From the NCBI GenBank assembly GCA_963666285.1, contig OY762711.1: 64,000 nucleotides of DNA, one strand, 5' to 3'. The stretch's first letter is position 1. Every line of letters begins with the position of its first letter. Positions 60,573-64,000 of this stretch are shown piece after piece. The DNA is from Sedimentisphaerales bacterium (lineage in GTDB: Bacteria; Planctomycetota; Phycisphaerae; Sedimentisphaerales; SM23-30). Made by a program: the position numbers and the translations under genes. Under the pieces are notes generated by a model that was not told the DNA's origin, did no database searches, and saw only the letters and a program-made list of their open reading frames with translations.

Positions 60573-61895
60573 ATGACAAAGTTCAATTTTACAATAGACT
60601 CGCTGGGTGAATGCAATTATGAATCACCGTTAAAACTTTCAACGGTTAAAGGTGACCTTGTAGCTGATTTTGTTGACGATAAAGCAAGGCTCATTTACCA
60701 AAACGAGATCATGTCTGACCAGATTACAACCGGACTAAAAGATGATGCAGTATTAGAACTGGCCGGTCCGCGAGAGAAGCTGTATTTCGATCCTGAAACT
60801 ACCAAGGCAGGAATAGTTACCTGCGGCGGGTTGTGTCCGGGGCTGAACGATGTTATCCGTGCAGTAGTGCTGACGCTATGGGATAACTATGGTGTTCGAT
60901 ATATATTCGGGCTGCCATTTGGATATAAAGGTTTGATAGCTGAGTATGGAATTGAGCCGGTTGTGCTTAATCCGGAAGTAGTAAAAGATATCCACACCAA
61001 AGGCGGTACAATGCTGGGCTCATCTCGCGGCAACGGCAACCGAACATCTGAAATGGTGGATACAATCGAGAGACTGGGGCTAAATATATTGTTTACTATT
61101 GGCGGTGACGGCACCCAGAAAGGTGCACTGGCAATAAGTAAAGAAGTACGCAGCCGAGGGCTAAACTGTGTTGTTGTCGGAATTCCCAAGACCATCGATA
61201 ACGATCTTAGCTTTGTCGAAAGAACATTTGGCTTTGCCACGGCAGTATCGAAAGCGTGCGAATCGATATCTTCAGCTCATACCGAAGCATGCGGAGCCCA
61301 AGGCGGCATCGGTTTAGTAAAAGTAATGGGCCGTGAATCAGGATTTATCGCAGCTTGTACCGCATTGGCAATGAATGATGTTGATTTTGTGCTGATTCCT
61401 GAGATTAGCTTTGACCTTGAAGGGCCAAACGGCTTACTTGCAGCATTAAAAACAAGACTGCAGAATAATGGTCATGCCGTGGTGCTTGCGGCAGAAGGTG
61501 CAGGCCAGGATATGGCAGCTTCTGAAGGAACCGATGCGTCGGGTAATAAGAAGCTGGGCGATATCGGGCTAATACTCAAAGCCAGGATAAGCGAATATAT
61601 GAAAGCAGAGGGAATCGACCATACGGTAAAATATATCGACCCAAGCTATATCATTCGCAGTACACCGGCGATACCTGTTGATTCAATTTATTGTGCCAGA
61701 CTGGGAGCTAATGCTGTACATGCCGGGATGAGTGGTAAAACCGGGCTGCTGATAAGCATGATGCAGAACAGATATGTGCATGTGCCGATTGAACTATGTG
61801 TACAGAAAAGAAATATCGTTGACCTGGACGGACCGCTCTGGCGTGATGTGGTTCTGGCAACCGGCCAGCCGTATATATTGAAGAGCAAGGAATAG
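60573..61895 (+). CDS. pfkA: ATP-dependent 6-phosphofructokinase
   Basis: TCGGLCPGLN, IGGDGT, PKTIDND, MGRESGFIA, YIDPSYIIRS; start ATG 60573. Confidence 0.92.
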   Translation: MTKFNFTIDSLGECNYESPLKLSTVKGDLVADFVDDKARLIYQNEIMSDQITTGLKDDAVLELAGPREKLYFDPETTKAGIVTCGGLCPGLNDVIRAVVLTLWDNYGVRYIFGLPFGYKGLIAEYGIEPVVLNPEVVKDIHTKGGTMLGSSRGNGNRTSEMVDTIERLGLNILFTIGGDGTQKGALAISKEVRSRGLNCVVVGIPKTIDNDLSFVERTFGFATAVSKACESISSAHTEACGAQGGIGLVKVMGRESGFIAACTALAMNDVDFVLIPEISFDLEGPNGLLAALKTRLQNNGHAVVLAAEGAGQDMAASEGTDASGNKKLGDIGLILKARISEYMKAEGIDHTVKYIDPSYIIRSTPAIPVDSIYCARLGANAVHAGMSGKTGLLISMMQNRYVHVPIELCVQKRNIVDLDGPLWRDVVLATGQPYILKSKE

Positions 61896-61932
61896 CCAGG
61901 ACCAAAGCTCGCTATCGCTCAGCAACCCAGGG

Positions 61933-63126
61933 TTATAATGACTCTCCGCAGGCATGACCGCTGGACCAGGCCCATTGCAGATTATAGCCGCCAAGCTGGC
62001 CGGCGACATTAACTACTTCGCCGATGAAGTACAAGCCAGGTACTTTTTTAGCTTCCATAGTCTTACTGGAGAGTTCATCAGTATCCACCCCGCCAATAGT
62101 TACCTCAGCTTTACGGAAGCCATCGTCACCATTGGGAATGAATTGCCAGTTGTTGAGACTGTCAGCCGCGGCTTCAATTTGAGGGATTGTCCAGTTAGCA
62201 ACAGCATCCATCGAGATATACCGCTTCTGCCAGATCCTGACAAACTTCTGAGAGAGATACGGCTGAAGTATTTTGCGAGCTGTCCAGGAGCCATTATTGG
62301 CACGGGCATCCAGAAATAGCTGACGGGCGTCAGTTTGCGGCAGCCAGTTGATAGATATCGCCTTGCCGGGAGAATATACACATGAAATTTGAAGTATAGC
62401 CGGGCCGCTAAGACTCCAATGGGTGAAAAGTACTTCCTCGGTAAACGATTTACCATCACACGAAACAGTCGCAACACAGGAATTGCCGGTAAGCTCACTG
62501 AGATATTTAACATCTTCTTTACCATAGACCAGCGGGACCAGGCCGGAACGAATCGGGATAAGTTTCATACCAAACTGTTCGGCGATATTATAGCCGTCCC
62601 TGGAAGCACCACATTGCGGCCAGGCAAAGCCACCCAAGGCAACAACCAGCTTTTCAGCAGTAAAATTTCCGTTTGTGGTGGAAACTTTAAATCCGGATTC
62701 TGTTTTGCCAACGTCCTTTACCTCACTATTGAGCTGAAACTGAACGCCGCTATCGCAACACAATTTTTCAAACATATTGACAATCTCACCGGCACTGTGC
62801 AGGCAAAACATACGACCATGTTCTCGCTCTTCAAATTCGATATTGTGGTCGCCAAGCATGCCGACAAAATCCCAGGGGGTAAAACGAGCCAAGGAGGATT
62901 TTACAAAATGTGGGTTTGAACAATAGAAATTGGCCGCAGCACAATCGACATTAGTGAAATTACACTTGCCGCCGCCGGAGATATGAATCTTACCGCCGAG
63001 TCGTTTGGCCTTATCGATAATGAGAACGGTTTTACCACGCCGCCCTGCCATATAAGCAGCCATGAGCCCTGCCGGGCCGCCACCGAGGATAATAATATCA
63101 AATTTGCTTAGTTTGCTATCTGCCAT
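61933..63126 (-). CDS. HI0933/YhiN-family flavoprotein
   Basis: GGGPAG, KIHISGGGKCNFTN, LFTH..LSGP, GGYNLQWAWSSG. Confidence 0.92.
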   Translation of the reverse strand: MADSKLSKFDIIILGGGPAGLMAAYMAGRRGKTVLIIDKAKRLGGKIHISGGGKCNFTNVDCAAANFYCSNPHFVKSSLARFTPWDFVGMLGDHNIEFEEREHGRMFCLHSAGEIVNMFEKLCCDSGVQFQLNSEVKDVGKTESGFKVSTTNGNFTAEKLVVALGGFAWPQCGASRDGYNIAEQFGMKLIPIRSGLVPLVYGKEDVKYLSELTGNSCVATVSCDGKSFTEEVLFTHWSLSGPAILQISCVYSPGKAISINWLPQTDARQLFLDARANNGSWTARKILQPYLSQKFVRIWQKRYISMDAVANWTIPQIEAAADSLNNWQFIPNGDDGFRKAEVTIGGVDTDELSSKTMEAKKVPGLYFIGEVVNVAGQLGGYNLQWAWSSGHACGESL

Positions 63127-63262
63127 AGCGATAAATTGTAAGGTTTTACATGCCAGTAATCAATTGAAAATGGAAATGGGATATATAGAATAGCAGTAAA
63201 TATAAATGCCATAAGGCTATGAAAAAAATGAATCTTAATTTAATGGTTCTACAGTGCCTGTA

Positions 63263-64000
63263 TCAATTAAGCCATTTATCCAGAAGCCAGCTTATATCTG
63301 ACATATCAACAATCGAATCGCCAAAAGAAGGGAATATGTCAGCGGCAGTATCAGAACCAAGCCAGTTTGCTGCGATAACAGCAAAGTCGGCAATATTAAA
63401 CTCACCGTCAGTATTGAAATCGCCCGGCTGATTTTGAGTCTGGCCGGAAACCAAAAGAGAATATCGCTGCAAAGTATTTCTATCCATCTGGCTATAATTT
63501 ACAATAACCGTATACTGGCCCGGGACAGGATCAGAAATATAAACCTGCTCGACATTATCTCTAATATTTGTGCCGGCAGCAGCAAGTTCAGCCGGATTGG
63601 CCGGATCAAGCACATAGGGCAAATAAACAGAACTGTCAGGTGCTACAATCTGAAGATCAAGATCATTTACCAACCGCAAGGTTGTATTGTCAAGAGTTTC
63701 GGGGGAACCATACGAACCCGGTTTGTCGGTCCAGCATAGAGTAACCTTTACAGGTTCGGTACCATCACTTTCAAATGTAAAAGTATCTTCATCGTCAACA
63801 GCCTGAAATCTTCCCCGTTCCAGAGAATCTTCTACGATATTTAAAGAGTCCGGATTATATTTGTGCAGAACCAGCAGCTCGGCAGCTTCCAGGGCATTGA
63901 TAAGTCCCCAACCGTATTTGTAGTCCGGACCGGCATTACCCATATCATCAGCAGTGTGGATAATGAGCCCTTTTAACGTACTGCTAAGCATATATTCACC
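63263..64000 (-). CDS. S8 subtilase C-terminal part with dockerin-like tail (5' end outside the window)
   Basis: LKGLIIHTADD.G..GPDYKYGWG, VTLCWTD, LVNDLDL, DNVEQV; GDFNTDGEFNIADFAVIAANWL. Confidence 0.85.
   Translation of the reverse strand, partial: GEYMLSSTLKGLIIHTADDMGNAGPDYKYGWGLINALEAAELLVLHKYNPDSLNIVEDSLERGRFQAVDDEDTFTFESDGTEPVKVTLCWTDKPGSYGSPETLDNTTLRLVNDLDLQIVAPDSSVYLPYVLDPANPAELAAAGTNIRDNVEQVYISDPVPGQYTVIVNYSQMDRNTLQRYSLLVSGQTQNQPGDFNTDGEFNIADFAVIAANWLGSDTAADIFPSFGDSIVDMSDISWLLDKWLN

Noticed and set aside
17580..63739. Numerous short antisense or overlapping ORFs in the track (e.g. 17580, 44563, 49432, 58289, 62389)
   Set aside because: Shadows of well-supported genes with no motifs; only the 528-aa antisense ORF in the mobile element is long enough to be notable.

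Overview
Chromosomal window of a low-GC diderm bacterium. The gene repertoire (Minf_1886-family protein, planctomycete-type ECF/FecR-LamG pair, dockerin-like C-termini, LptD, WaaF, DapL, AhbD) points by inference to Planctomycetota, probably Phycisphaerae/Sedimentisphaerales. Most of it is housekeeping: sppA, truA, htrA, uup, rpe, plsC, an nqr-like operon, lgt, ahbD, waaF, lptD, panD, dapL, pfkA. No rRNA, tRNA or CRISPR array was seen. Main points of interest: (1) a TIR-less ~1.65 kb element whose single protein carries Rep_trans-like rolling-circle nickase motifs and a near full-length in-register antisense ORF, inserted into a palindromic repeat cassette whose second copy carries a MITE at the equivalent spot; (2) a lipoprotein whose apparent UGA stop looks like a selenocysteine codon (U-x-x-x-C, SECIS-like hairpin, 40 further codons); (3) a minimal type VII-like WXG100/FtsK operon coupled to lgt in a diderm; (4) a tandem array of rhomboid-zinc-ribbon proteases with one pseudogene; (5) a porin/binding-protein/two-kinase/two-receiver/FapA signalling operon; (6) an Nqr operon whose A subunit keeps RnfC-type Fe-S motifs; (7) a dispersed modular repeat family and a candidate structured RNA upstream of a NYN nuclease. 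All family calls come from motif recognition by eye; no searches were run.
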